Shown here: positions 27,005-36,477 of the stretch, piece by piece
How the letters are laid out: the number at the start of each line of letters is the position of its first letter
Position numbering within the stretch: the first letter of the stretch is position 1
Assembly: GCA_963817525.1 (NCBI GenBank)
Contig: CAWFOU010000007.1
Coordinates: forward strand, 576,001-640,000
DNA: 64,000 nt
Direction of reading: 5' to 3'
DNA from: an uncultured archaeon
GTDB lineage: Archaea > Thermoproteota > Nitrososphaeria > Nitrososphaerales > Gagatemarchaeaceae
The notes under the pieces: generated by a model
Seen by the model: the letters and a program-made list of their open reading frames with translations, nothing else
Told to the model about the DNA's origin: nothing
Databases searched by the model: none
Position numbers and translations under genes: made by a program

Positions 27005-27187
27005 ATTGTGGCAGGCCACACGGGCCTGCCCACAGTACGCGTGGCGAAGCCGCCGAAGACTATCCTAGGCCAGTTGCGATGCTCTAACCACGATATCAAG
27101 TTACATATCTGGTTGGTCTTTGGCTCCGAAACTACCAAGTGTCGGTCTGTCCGATGCCGAAATCGGACCTCCTGTTTACTTGGAACG

Positions 27188-27940
27188 TCACTTCACCACG
27201 AAGTGAAGTATTACCACTTGCCCCCACATGTCCTCGATGCCGACCGTGTACACGCCAGGGGTGAAGGGAGTCGTAACAGGACTGTCAATGGTCTGCTGCC
27301 CTTCGTAATTCAAGAAGACGCTGGCACGCTCCGAGTTATTCGACAGGTCCCAAGAACCGTTCGTGGTGAACGTGCCCAACACATAGTAGGGGCCCAGCGT
27401 CTCGTTAGGCTGTCCAGGGGCAGATTGGCCCGTGAGGTTCGCCTGCGCGCTATGTGGCCCGAATGTTACTTGCTCCACCCTCATCCCCGTGGTGCAGCCG
27501 AATACTGGGACGTGGACATCAGCTACGGAAGTAATGTTGCTTATCGTGTAGTCGCCCCTGAGCACGACGGCTTCCGCTTCCGCGGATACATTGAAACCAA
27601 CGCTTGACGTTCCCAGAAGCATCAAATCACAATCGGGCCACACGGCCAAGGGAATGCCCTTGAAGGGGAAACCATCTAAGACTGGCAACCTATTGGTGGT
27701 TGAGAGGGTATTGGATATGGAGACGTTGACCCGCAAAGCCTGACCCGGAGTTAGCTGCGAGGTATTTAGGGAAGCGGTCAGTTGAAGGCCGTCTGAGCCA
27801 AGGGCATTTCCCTGTACCGTTTCGTTCGCTTGAGACGTCGGAGAATAGAGGTTGTTTACCTCGTAAGCGGCGATGGTGGTGACAAGTAGCGTCACCACGA
27901 CGATAGGAATAATCCGGCGGGAGTATTCGGACATTTGCAA
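27188..27940 (-). CDS. Hypothetical secreted/membrane-anchored protein
   Basis: N-terminal TM, GLQLTASLN, C-terminal FTPGVYTVGIEDMWGQVVILHFVV. Confidence 0.7.
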   Translation of the reverse strand: MQMSEYSRRIIPIVVVTLLVTTIAAYEVNNLYSPTSQANETVQGNALGSDGLQLTASLNTSQLTPGQALRVNVSISNTLSTTNRLPVLDGFPFKGIPLAVWPDCDLMLLGTSSVGFNVSAEAEAVVLRGDYTISNITSVADVHVPVFGCTTGMRVEQVTFGPHSAQANLTGQSAPGQPNETLGPYYVLGTFTTNGSWDLSNNSERASVFLNYEGQQTIDSPVTTPFTPGVYTVGIEDMWGQVVILHFVVK

Positions 27941-28062
27941 TCGACCTAATCAGATTCAACACACACTATATTGCTACGCCTTAGCAAGAGCTTTGCTACT
28001 AGTTATTTGACGACGTTCTCACAATATTGATAATTATTCTATCTTTATCTCCGCAATGACGG

Positions 28063-28401
28063 CTAGATAGTTTGCCTTAGAGTGACGATGCTCTGGTAGA
28101 GCGAGACAATTAGGGCCACGGCTATTGTGATTAGAGAGAAAACGTAAGACGGGGTCAGAGAAGAAGGGCGGAGGAGAGTCACAAGCAGGGTGAAAGAGGC
28201 GGCCAAGAAGGTCGAAAATGCCGCCCATAACGGGATGACCATCCTTCTGATTCGTAGCATGTTTTCGAAGACTACTCTGTCCGCGCTGTAACCCTCACTT
28301 CCCTCGCGGATGAGTCCCAAGCCAACCAGTTTTTTGAGATGATATTCGGCTACCGAAGATGAACTCAAATTGAGATCTTTGGAGGAGTAGGAAGCTGACA
28401 A
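28063..28401 (-). pseudogene. N-terminally truncated winged-HTH plus two-TM protein
   Basis: DLNLSSSSVAEYHLKKLVGLGLI then two TM helices; first HTH helix appears missing. Confidence 0.5.
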
Positions 28402-29039
28402 TGTTGAGCAATGGATCCCGATACACGGCGCTCGGCGTCGGGGTAGGATCGTACTACGCGAAAGTCGGGTTCATATCATCCGATGGGGTGAGAATGAGGT
28501 TGGTCGCAAGAGAGATGGCAGCCGGGGCAAAGCTCGTCACGATGTATCGGCGGGACCCGACCCCGCTCTACAGGTTCGGCAAGATAGAGAAGAGTAAGCT
28601 GGGCTTTTGGATTGATAACGCCGCCGATGTTTACGAGGTCAACGATGTCATTCTTCAAAGAGACTATGAAAGGAAACTATTGGCTAACGGCTCGAGATAC
28701 GAGATGGCCAGATTTGGGACGGAAATTGCTTACGCCATAATGAAAGAAGGATTTGGCGTCAAGGGGTTGGTTTTTTCTGAACCGTCGAGACCGGGAGCTG
28801 ACTTGCATACGAATGATGGGAGGATTGTGGCGGAGGCAAGGCTTGCACGAATCACCAAGACTCTGGGAATTGTGGAATTGAACAGCCAGCTGCGGAGGGA
28901 CATTACTCAGATGTTCTGGAAAGTGAAATACGACCTCAAGCATAGTTTTGCGGAAAGAGGTTATGCTGTATTTTCCTACCTCACACCTGATGCTTCCCTC
29001 AAAGCGCTCATAATAGCAATGCAGCAAATGAAGAAGTGA
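28401..29039 (+). CDS. Hypothetical protein, possibly a PD-(D/E)xK-like nuclease fragment
   Basis: Low-GC ORF with GTEIAY...PGADL.....IVAEAR; ends next to the tRNA-Thr 3' end. Confidence 0.45.
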   Translation: MLSNGSRYTALGVGVGSYYAKVGFISSDGVRMRLVAREMAAGAKLVTMYRRDPTPLYRFGKIEKSKLGFWIDNAADVYEVNDVILQRDYERKLLANGSRYEMARFGTEIAYAIMKEGFGVKGLVFSEPSRPGADLHTNDGRIVAEARLARITKTLGIVELNSQLRRDITQMFWKVKYDLKHSFAERGYAVFSYLTPDASLKALIIAMQQMKK

Positions 29040-29040
29040 G

Positions 29041-29172
29041 AGCCACGGGAGGGAGTGTCAATCACTGCATGCGGCGCTTTCCGCACGCAGATGATTTTTG
29101 ATCCCTCGACCTGCTGCTTGCTTGGCTTCTAGCCTACAAGGCAGCTGCTCTACCAGGCTGAGCTACCGTGGC
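29041..29172 (-). tRNA. tRNA-Thr(TGT) with two BHB introns (37/38: 29119-29134; 59/60: 29055-29096)
   Basis: Acceptor GCCACGG/CCGTGGC-T; spliced anticodon arm GCTGC-CTTGTAA-GCAGC; central helix CTTG/CAAG; T-loop ATCAAAT after splicing. Confidence 0.9.
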
Positions 29173-29319
29173 GCAGGATTCCCCCTGCCGAGGTCTGCTT
29201 ATCTCCTTTGTTGAACCGCTCTGCCGAGGAATCGGGCGGCCCCTGAAGTTCTTTCCCAGAGTCCTAGGGCACCCAAAATCCCATAAGGAACGAAGCTTGA
29301 TTGAAATCCTCGATGTCCT

Positions 29320-29937
29320 ATGACATGCGTCCTCAAGGATGCCACAGTTGCTGCTGCGGCTAGCCTGGTCATCTCGGCGGTATCATATTTTGTGACGGTC
29401 AAGGGCGTGCATCTTTGGCTCCCGCGGATTGACGCGGTGGGAACTGCCGTCGTCCACGGCTTCCCAATCCCATACGCGGCCTACTTCCCAACCAACGAAT
29501 CGTCCTACCTGTTTTACCCTCTGAACTTCGGCGGTGACTACCTGATTTGTTCCGCAGTCGCTTTTCTCGTGATGGCCGCTTTTACTGTCAGGAGGCTGAT
29601 TCTTGCTTCGATCTCGGGGCTCGCCGTGACCGCCCTGACCTTGCTTCTGCCATCGTTGGCCTTGGCTACCCCTGAGAATCTACCTTTGGAGTGTTCAGGC
29701 ACGCCGATGGGATTTCCGTTCGAGTACTTGTTTCGTCTCGAATGTTTTACGTCCGGTGCTGTTTCGTATCAGTTCAGCCCGCTGAGCGCGGTGGTGGACT
29801 ACGTGTTGTGGTTGGGGGTGAGCTTCTCCGCCATCGGCCTTTGCTTCCTGCTCCTCGCCTCGACAAGGAGGCACCGAATCTCGAGAGTTCAAATCCCTCC
29901 CGTGGCTCTCCACTCCGCCGTTAATGGTCAGTTGTGA
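29320..29937 (+). CDS. Hypothetical membrane protein with internal duplication
   Basis: Two TM-GFP(I/F)xY...PL....DY-TM units. Confidence 0.6.
   Translation: MTCVLKDATVAAAASLVISAVSYFVTVKGVHLWLPRIDAVGTAVVHGFPIPYAAYFPTNESSYLFYPLNFGGDYLICSAVAFLVMAAFTVRRLILASISGLAVTALTLLLPSLALATPENLPLECSGTPMGFPFEYLFRLECFTSGAVSYQFSPLSAVVDYVLWLGVSFSAIGLCFLLLASTRRHRISRVQIPPVALHSAVNGQL
29881..29910 (+). repeat. Copy of the tRNA-Thr 3' end without the T-loop intron (att-like relic)
   Basis: TCGAGAGTTCAAATCCCTCCCGTGGCTCTC versus spliced tRNA-Thr TCGAGGGATCAAATCCCTCCCGTGGCT plus trailer CTC: 28 of 30 identical, opposite orientation. Confidence 0.85.
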
Positions 29938-30016
29938 TGACTCGGAGGGTCGGGGTCGCCATGTTGAATCTCGGTGGTCCTCGGATTGGATTCAGCGTGC
30001 TTTCTGTCAGAGGAAT

Positions 30017-30463
30017 TCACTGCCAACTGCCTGTGAATTGCACCGAAGAGCCATCGCTAAATTGGATGGAGCCGTTAAGATGGTATCCTGGGATAGACAA
30101 GGCATTTCCCGACGAGGGCGAACACGAGACGTTCACCAAGCCCCCGGCCGGCACGCTGCTTGCCTTCGGCGAGAGGACGCCGGGCGAGTCATTTAGCGTG
30201 CAGCCAGTCGCCTCGACGGTCCCGCCCGAGTTCACCAGTGAAACGACGCATGTTCCCTGACTGGAGTTGCACGACACATTGCTCACGGTGACATGCGCGG
30301 GCGCACCCTGAATCGGGGGGACTGTCGAGCTGGAACTGCTAGAATAGCTGCTCGTAGCACCACCGGAACTCCCGGAAGTTGAAGGCGAGTGCAATAGCAG
30401 ATACGCTCCTCCAGCCCCCGCAAGCAGGATTACGACCAGGGCAGCGACGAGTTGGCCTTTCAT
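30017..30463 (-). CDS. Hypothetical secreted/membrane-anchored protein
   Basis: N-terminal hydrophobic helix, Ser-rich linker, small Cys-paired beta domain. Confidence 0.65.
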   Translation of the reverse strand: MKGQLVAALVVILLAGAGGAYLLLHSPSTSGSSGGATSSYSSSSSSTVPPIQGAPAHVTVSNVSCNSSQGTCVVSLVNSGGTVEATGCTLNDSPGVLSPKASSVPAGGLVNVSCSPSSGNALSIPGYHLNGSIQFSDGSSVQFTGSWQ

Positions 30464-30554
30464 CTGCGCTCGGTGCGGATGGATTTTCGGATGCGATAAG
30501 TCTTGGGATTTGGATCGTGCGAGGCTCCCGAAAGCGGCCTCTGCCCCATGGCTC

Positions 30555-30956
30555 TCACTTCCTCCCGATTTCGCGCGAGCGCAGGACGTCTGACGCGAGG
30601 AGCCTCAAAAAATCGTCGTACTCCTCGTCGTCGAACCTCACCTCTCGGACCAGCCCGGACTCCTCCGCTATCTTGTAGCTCAAGATGTGGTAGCAGTACT
30701 TGGCCTTGGCGCTCAGCACGCTGTAGAAGAAGGACTCGCAAGAACAGAATGGTTTGTCCGGGTCTATGAACTCGTCCGCGTTGCTCCCGACGACCGTGTA
30801 GACGTGCCGCCCGCTCGGAAGGAAAACGTGCCTCTTGACGCTGCCGTTGAAGGCCGCCTCGACCGCCTTCTCGAACATGTTCCGGTCCTTCGAGTAGCGG
30901 GCGAACCTCGACGCGAGCTGCTCCTTGGATTCTATGGCCTCTGCCACTTTAATCAA
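30555..30956 (-). CDS. SWIM zinc-finger protein
   Basis: FCSCESF...CYH motif; coupled to the dinB stop. Confidence 0.8.
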   Translation of the reverse strand: MIKVAEAIESKEQLASRFARYSKDRNMFEKAVEAAFNGSVKRHVFLPSGRHVYTVVGSNADEFIDPDKPFCSCESFFYSVLSAKAKYCYHILSYKIAEESGLVREVRFDDEEYDDFLRLLASDVLRSREIGRK

Positions 30957-32041
30957 CTCGTGAACTCGGTGAGCGAGTGTTGGTCCACCATGTTCCTGAG
31001 GTCGCTCAGGCGGACCCCCGCCCGGCGCAGCTCCCCGACCTCGCGGAGCAGCTCGGCAAACAGCAGCCTGACCTCCTTCTCTAGGACGAGGTAGTCGCTC
31101 GTGGGCGTCTCAAGGGTCTTGCTCTTCGAGTGTTGTGACAGGTCCTTGAGGATGCCGATTACCGAGACGTTCCTGAAAAAGAGGCCCCTCGAGACGAGCT
31201 TCTGGTGGACGTCCTTCAGCGCCGGGAGGAGCTCCTCGACCACCTTCTTGGGGTCGTCCGTGTCGTGCTTCAGCGTGACAATCCTGCCGAGCTGGGTGGC
31301 CTCTCCGCGGTCAACGACGGGCTCGTCGTCCAATCCCCCTGAGGCGTTGCGGAGGTAGACCGCGAGCTTCTTTCCGAGTATGTCCTCGAGCCTCTGGGCG
31401 GGGGCGCTCGAGAGGTCTGGGATGGTCGATATGCCGTTGTCCTCCAGCAGCTTCGCGGTCTTGGGGCCGACGCCGGAGATCTTCTCGATTGGGAGCGGAG
31501 ACAGGAAGGCTGCGGTCTCGTCGTCCTTCACGACCGTGAGCCCGTCCGGCTTCTGGAAGTCGGAGGCTATCTTAGCCACGACCTTGTTGGGACCGATTCC
31601 TATGGAGCAGGTCAGCCCCTCATCTCTCGCCACCTTCTCCTTGATGCTCAGGGCGAGGGACGTGGCAGTCGCGTAGCTTCCTCCGGTCCTCTTCGTGATG
31701 TCGAAGAACGCCTCGTCTATCCCGGTCTGCTCGAGTACATCTACCTCGTTCCTGACCGCTTCCATCACGCGCTCGGAGTACGTCTCGTACTTTTCGTGGT
31801 CCATGCGTATGAAGGCGGCTTCAAGTCCGTCCAGGCGGCGCTTCGCTAGAGTGATTGGGATCCCGGACTTGACGCCGTGCTCCCTTGCCTTGTAGTTCGC
31901 CGTGCTTACCACGCCGCTCTCCTCTGTCCTCCCGGAGAAGACGCACACCACGACAGGCCTGCCCTTCAGGGCGGGGTTCTCCACCTCCTCGACCTGGGCG
32001 TAGAAATAGTCGAGGTCGAGATGACCGACGATGCGGCTCAA
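30953..32041 (-). CDS. dinB: DNA polymerase IV (Y family, DinB/Dbh)
   Basis: HLDLDYFYAQVE, VSTANYKAR, IDEAF, AKIASDFQKPDG, GVGPKT. Confidence 0.95.
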   Translation of the reverse strand: MSRIVGHLDLDYFYAQVEEVENPALKGRPVVVCVFSGRTEESGVVSTANYKAREHGVKSGIPITLAKRRLDGLEAAFIRMDHEKYETYSERVMEAVRNEVDVLEQTGIDEAFFDITKRTGGSYATATSLALSIKEKVARDEGLTCSIGIGPNKVVAKIASDFQKPDGLTVVKDDETAAFLSPLPIEKISGVGPKTAKLLEDNGISTIPDLSSAPAQRLEDILGKKLAVYLRNASGGLDDEPVVDRGEATQLGRIVTLKHDTDDPKKVVEELLPALKDVHQKLVSRGLFFRNVSVIGILKDLSQHSKSKTLETPTSDYLVLEKEVRLLFAELLREVGELRRAGVRLSDLRNMVDQHSLTEFTS

Positions 32042-32112
32042 GAAGGGCTCGTCACGCTTCCGCGCGAATCTGTTCTAATAGGCTTTGGTGTATCCGTCTT
32101 TGCTATTGGACG

Positions 32113-32267
32113 TGGTGGGGTCGCCCGGATTTGAACCGGGGGTCTCAAGCGTTCTCGAACGCGCCTTGTTAGGGACGTTCCCGAGGCATCTTCTCTGATG
32201 ATTTGAAGCCTAGACCAGACTAGCCCCAAGTTGAATCGAGTTCAACGTTGGCCTAGCCGACGACCCC
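32113..32267 (-). tRNA. tRNA-Pro(CGG) with three BHB introns (15/16: 32220-32252; 29/30: 32188-32202; 37/38: 32152-32179); CCA encoded
   Basis: Acceptor GGGGTCG/CGACCCC-A-CCA; spliced anticodon arm CAAGC-CTCGGGC-GCTTG; central helices GGCT/GGCT (wobble), CTTC/GAAG, CTCG/CGAG. Confidence 0.87.
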
Positions 32268-33422
32268 GCACCGATTACTGCCCCCGGGTGTCTCGCTTTA
32301 TATTCTATCGCCGCCTTCCTTATCGATTCAACCACTCCGTCCTTGATTTTGTTTCTCAGACGCTCCACCAGCGGCTCGACCGATGACCACCTAGTCGTCT
32401 TGCAGCTCAGGATGATTCTCATCTTCTCAATCTTCTCATTGTGGCGGCTGAGAGGCAGAATCTGGGCGGCCAGGAAAGAGACCTCCTCAAGCCGGTGAAG
32501 CCGAAGGACCCACATGTCTCTCGTGAGGGTTACTCGTCTTGGGCCCGAGACGCCCACATTATCTTGGTCGTACCGCCGCGCCTGTCCAGACGGAGCGTCG
32601 GATGCAGGCCTGCTTTTCAAGCCCCGTCTTGACGGCTCTTATCAGGACCGACTCCTCGGTAGTAATCAAGAAGGCGTATGTCAGTCTGGCGCCGTCATGG
32701 GTGATTACCCAAGAGCCGTCGGAATCGGACACGCCAGCCAGAAACTCGTAGAACTCGGCTTCGGCCGTCGGGACGGTCTGAGGCTTTCTGATCAAGTAGC
32801 TGAAAGAGTTGTCAAGATAGGCCCTCGCCTGCCAGTCATATCCGGTCAGGAAGACCTGGCGGGGCACCACACCGCAGTGCCCGTAGTGGCCGAATGTCTT
32901 CAGGAACAAATCCAGTATTGAAGGGTGTGTCGTGCTGACCCTGACCATCACTGAGTTCCGAGAGGTCCTCGCCGCGTTCAGGTCTCCACCCCTAAGACCC
33001 AGCAGGTATGCCCGCTCCATGTCATCGCCCGAAAAAGGCGTTCTAGGATATTTGACGGTCCATCGACTTCGAAGCGGGCCTGACGCCGTCTCGCGCAGCA
33101 GATGGTTTCTCGCAGTGGTGAAGCTGATTCCGGTCAACTTGGCCACCGCACGGATTGTCTTGCCTTGATTCCAGTAGAGCTCATGAATCTGCCTCGGATC
33201 GCACTTCGGTGTGTTCGCGCTCCACTCTCTTCTGGGGATGCCGTGCTTTACCATCCAATAGTGGACGTCGCTCTTAGTCGTGCCGGCCAACACGGCTATC
33301 TGCTTGAGCGATTTCCCATCCGTGCAATAGAGCCGCCTGAGTAGTTCACGGTTCTTTAGGTCAATATGCTCCTGCTCTTTTGAACCGGGAATATCGTGCA
33401 TTGATGAGATACGTGCGCTCAT
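32210..33422 (-). pseudogene. Free-standing LAGLIDADG endonuclease with two N-terminal HTH repeats, frameshifted around 32555-32620
   Basis: LY...GKSLKQIA and LYWNQGKTIRAVA repeats; AYLLGLRGGD and FLAGVSDSDGS; C-terminal part continues in ORF 32210-32620. Confidence 0.75.
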
Positions 33423-33559
33423 TATAAAAGCGCCTACGCGACTGCAGGCTTGACAGCGGGAGCCTGACCGCCCAGAGCCGTGAGCGGCGCCGACAAGAAA
33501 CCGGTAGGCCGAATAGCCCTACATAGCGATTATAAGGCGGAAACCTGATGGTCAGGCAC

Positions 33560-33856
33560 ATGTCAGGAGAGACGAAAACAGTCATAGTCGGTCAGTACAA
33601 GGAACCCCTCGCATACATCACGGCGTGCATAACCATGTTCAACAGCGGAGCGGAGCACGTCATCCTGAGGTCCAGGGGCGAGGCCATCAACAAGGCGGTC
33701 GACGTGGTGCAGCTTCTCAAGAAGCGTTTCATGAGCCAGGTCGAGATATCAAAGATACAGATAGACGGCGACAACGTGGTCTCCCGCGACGGAAGGCAGC
33801 TCAGCCTTCCAGTCTTGGAAATCGAGCTGTCGATGCCCAAGCAGAAACCGGCGTAA
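33560..33856 (+). CDS. albA: DNA/RNA-binding protein Alba
   Basis: VILRSRGEAINKAVDVV and terminal LEIEL. Confidence 0.85.
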   Translation: MSGETKTVIVGQYKEPLAYITACITMFNSGAEHVILRSRGEAINKAVDVVQLLKKRFMSQVEISKIQIDGDNVVSRDGRQLSLPVLEIELSMPKQKPA

Positions 33857-33899
33857 GCCGTCCCTTCGCAGAAGGCCGCGATTTCAGGGGACCTGTTGC

Positions 33900-35243
33900 T
33901 TGCCATCCAAGAAGAACCTAAGAATGGTGAGAGGCGAAGTCCCTGGGCCTAAGGCCAGGGCGGTGATCCGGAGGACCTCGAAGGTGGTTTCGCCGTCGAT
34001 TTCGAGGGACCTCCCGCTCGTGGTAGAGTCCGCCCACGGCTCCCTGGTGACCGACGTCGACGGCAACAGGTTCATCGACTTCTCATCCGGGATAGCGGTG
34101 CTGAGCACGGGCTCGACGCACCCCGAGGTCGTCGCGGCCGCCAAGAAACAGCTTGAGAAGTTCATCCACTTCTCCTACACGGACTTTTACTACGAGAACC
34201 TCGTGACGCTGGCTGAGAAGCTCTGCGCCCTGGCCCCGGGAGCGGGGGAGAAGATGGTATACTGGGGCAACAGCGGGGCGGAGGCGAACGAGGCGGCCAT
34301 GAAGCTCGCGAGGAACTACACCAAGAGGCCGCTGTACCTCGCCCACTCGGGGGCGTTCCACGGGAGGACGATGGGAACGCTGGGCCTCACCGGCAGCAAG
34401 CCGATACAGAGGAAGGGGGCGTTCCCCCTCGTCCCTGAGGTGGTGCACTTTCCCTTCCCGTACTGCTACCGCTGCCCGTGGAAGCAGACCTTCCCGGAGT
34501 GTGACTATTACTGCGTCGACTACTTCAAGGAGCAGTACCTGGACAAGTTCGTCCCGGTCGAGGACGTGGCGGCGTACTTCTTCGAGCCGTTCCAGGGCGA
34601 GGGCGGCTACGTCCTGCCTCCCCCCGAGTACTTCGAGCGGATGAGCTTCCTGCGCAAGGAGGGCGTCCTCTTCGTCGCGGACGAGGTGCAGAGCGGGATA
34701 GGCAGGTCTGGGAAGTTCTTCGCGGTGGAGCACTACGGCCTCGAGCCAGACATCATCAGCGTGGCCAAGGGACTGGCCTCGGGGTTCCCGCTGGGAGGGA
34801 TAATCGCGGCCGCCGAGGTGATGCGCTCGTGGGTTCCGGGGCAGCACGCCTCGACCTTCGGCGCGAACCCGGTAGCGGTGGAGGCAGCCCTGGCGACGTT
34901 GGAGGTAATTAACTCGGAGAGACTGATGGAGAACGCCGTAAAGATGGGGAGGGTCGCCATGAAGCGGCTCGAGGAGATGAAGGAGCGCTACGAGATAGTG
35001 GGGGATGTGAGGGGCAAGGGCCTGTTCATTGGGGTCGAGATTGTCAAGACCAAGAAGGGCAAGGAGCGGGGAATGCGCGAGGCGCAGGCCGTGACAGAGG
35101 CTTGCTTCAAGGATGGGCTGGTCCTGATAACCGCGGGGAGAAATACCCTCAGGGTGATTCCGCCGCTGAACGTCGCAAGGGAGGAGCTCGAGGAGGGGCT
35201 CGACGTGATGGAAGGTGCGATAGCGAAAGTGAACTCCGCGTAG
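33900..35243 (+). CDS. Class III PLP aminotransferase (4-aminobutyrate/acetylornithine type)
   Basis: DVDGNRFIDF, NSGAEANEAA, FHGRT, EPFQGEGG, ADEVQSG, AKGLASG. Confidence 0.92.
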   Translation: MPSKKNLRMVRGEVPGPKARAVIRRTSKVVSPSISRDLPLVVESAHGSLVTDVDGNRFIDFSSGIAVLSTGSTHPEVVAAAKKQLEKFIHFSYTDFYYENLVTLAEKLCALAPGAGEKMVYWGNSGAEANEAAMKLARNYTKRPLYLAHSGAFHGRTMGTLGLTGSKPIQRKGAFPLVPEVVHFPFPYCYRCPWKQTFPECDYYCVDYFKEQYLDKFVPVEDVAAYFFEPFQGEGGYVLPPPEYFERMSFLRKEGVLFVADEVQSGIGRSGKFFAVEHYGLEPDIISVAKGLASGFPLGGIIAAAEVMRSWVPGQHASTFGANPVAVEAALATLEVINSERLMENAVKMGRVAMKRLEEMKERYEIVGDVRGKGLFIGVEIVKTKKGKERGMREAQAVTEACFKDGLVLITAGRNTLRVIPPLNVAREELEEGLDVMEGAIAKVNSA

Positions 35244-35256
35244 GAGGTGCCCGTCG

Positions 35257-36459
35257 ATGTACGACTTCGATGCCCTGGTGACCGAGGTCCTCCACAACAA
35301 GCCCGAGATGAGCCGTGACTCCCTGATGGAGCTGGTTAAGGAGAAGAAGCGGACCGTCGGTTCAGGGTACCTCACCGACCAGGGCGCGCTCTTCCTGGTG
35401 GCTGGAGAGCTGGGCGTCAAGCTCCAGCACATGATCAGCGCCGACCTGACGCTCAAGGACCTTCACATTGGGGCGAACGACATCACGGTTGTCGCGAGGG
35501 TCTTGGCGATATACCCCGTGTCAGAGTTCAAGAAGAAGGACGGGAGCGGCGTCGGGCGTTATAGGCGCGTGAATCTCTTCGACCGCAACGGCGTGGGCAG
35601 GCTCACCGTATGGGAGGACAATGAGGAGGCGATGAAGCTCGCCGGCATTGCGGTCGACGCGCCGGTGAGGGTGGTCAGCGCGTACGTCAAGCAGGGCCTA
35701 GACGGGAAGCCCACCCTGAACCTCGGCAAGAAGGGGAGGATCGAAGTAGTCGCGGACATCGCAATCTCGTCGAAGCTGGTGCCGCTCTCCGAGTTGACCA
35801 AGCAACTGGACCATGTCCAGGAGGGGGAGGTGGTGGTCGCCGTGGAGGGCGTGGCAGCTACAGATAGCAGGCGCTCGACGTTCGTCCGCCGCGACGACGG
35901 GTCCAACGGCTCGCTCACCCAGTTCGAGCTGAAGGGTCAGGACGGGAAGACCGCAAGGGTGGTCGTCTGGGACGGGGTCGACCTCCCCGAGGTGAAGTCA
36001 GGGAGGAGGGTCAGGGTCACCAACCTGAGGCAGAAGAAGGGGCGTCAGGGCGAGTCGGAGCTGCACGGGGACAGCGCCACATCGATACAAGCCTTAGACG
36101 GGCAGGAGGGGGCTTCGTCGACGGCGCACGTGGCTCGTCTCGTCAAGGTGGGGGACGTGGTCAAGCATGCCGCTGGCGGCAGCGTCGACCTGGAGGTGAT
36201 GGCGCTCTCCAAGGGCAGCGTGCGAGAGGTCAACCTCAAGGATGGCTCGACCGCGAGGAAAGGGGAGGTCGTCCTAGGGGACGACACGGGGGAGATCACG
36301 GCGGTGGCCTGGGATGATGCCTCCAACGTGATTGGGGGGATTCAGGCGGGCGAAAAACTGCGCGTCCAAGGGGCGACGGTCCAGCTTTCGAAGATGGGTG
36401 CTGAGACGCTCGAGCTGGGCAGGTCGTCCAAGGTGGAGCGGGTCTTGGGAAGGGCTTGA
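35257..36459 (+). CDS. Replication protein A-like multi-OB-fold ssDNA-binding protein
   Basis: N-terminal GYLTDQGALFLVAGELG domain; three OB folds (RLTVW, RVVVWD, LGDDTGEITAVAWD). Confidence 0.85.
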   Translation: MYDFDALVTEVLHNKPEMSRDSLMELVKEKKRTVGSGYLTDQGALFLVAGELGVKLQHMISADLTLKDLHIGANDITVVARVLAIYPVSEFKKKDGSGVGRYRRVNLFDRNGVGRLTVWEDNEEAMKLAGIAVDAPVRVVSAYVKQGLDGKPTLNLGKKGRIEVVADIAISSKLVPLSELTKQLDHVQEGEVVVAVEGVAATDSRRSTFVRRDDGSNGSLTQFELKGQDGKTARVVVWDGVDLPEVKSGRRVRVTNLRQKKGRQGESELHGDSATSIQALDGQEGASSTAHVARLVKVGDVVKHAAGGSVDLEVMALSKGSVREVNLKDGSTARKGEVVLGDDTGEITAVAWDDASNVIGGIQAGEKLRVQGATVQLSKMGAETLELGRSSKVERVLGRA

Positions 36460-36477
36460 AGAGACTATGAGAGAGGC

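Noticed and set aside
26900-27070. Cobalamin riboswitch or RNase P RNA
   Set aside because: Core consensus elements are missing; the region is better explained as a tRNA-Thr promoter copy plus hairpin.
33430-33525. Possible H/ACA sRNA between the LAGLIDADG gene and alba
   Set aside because: Short stems and ACA triplets are present, but I could not build a convincing K-turn or pseudouridylation pocket.
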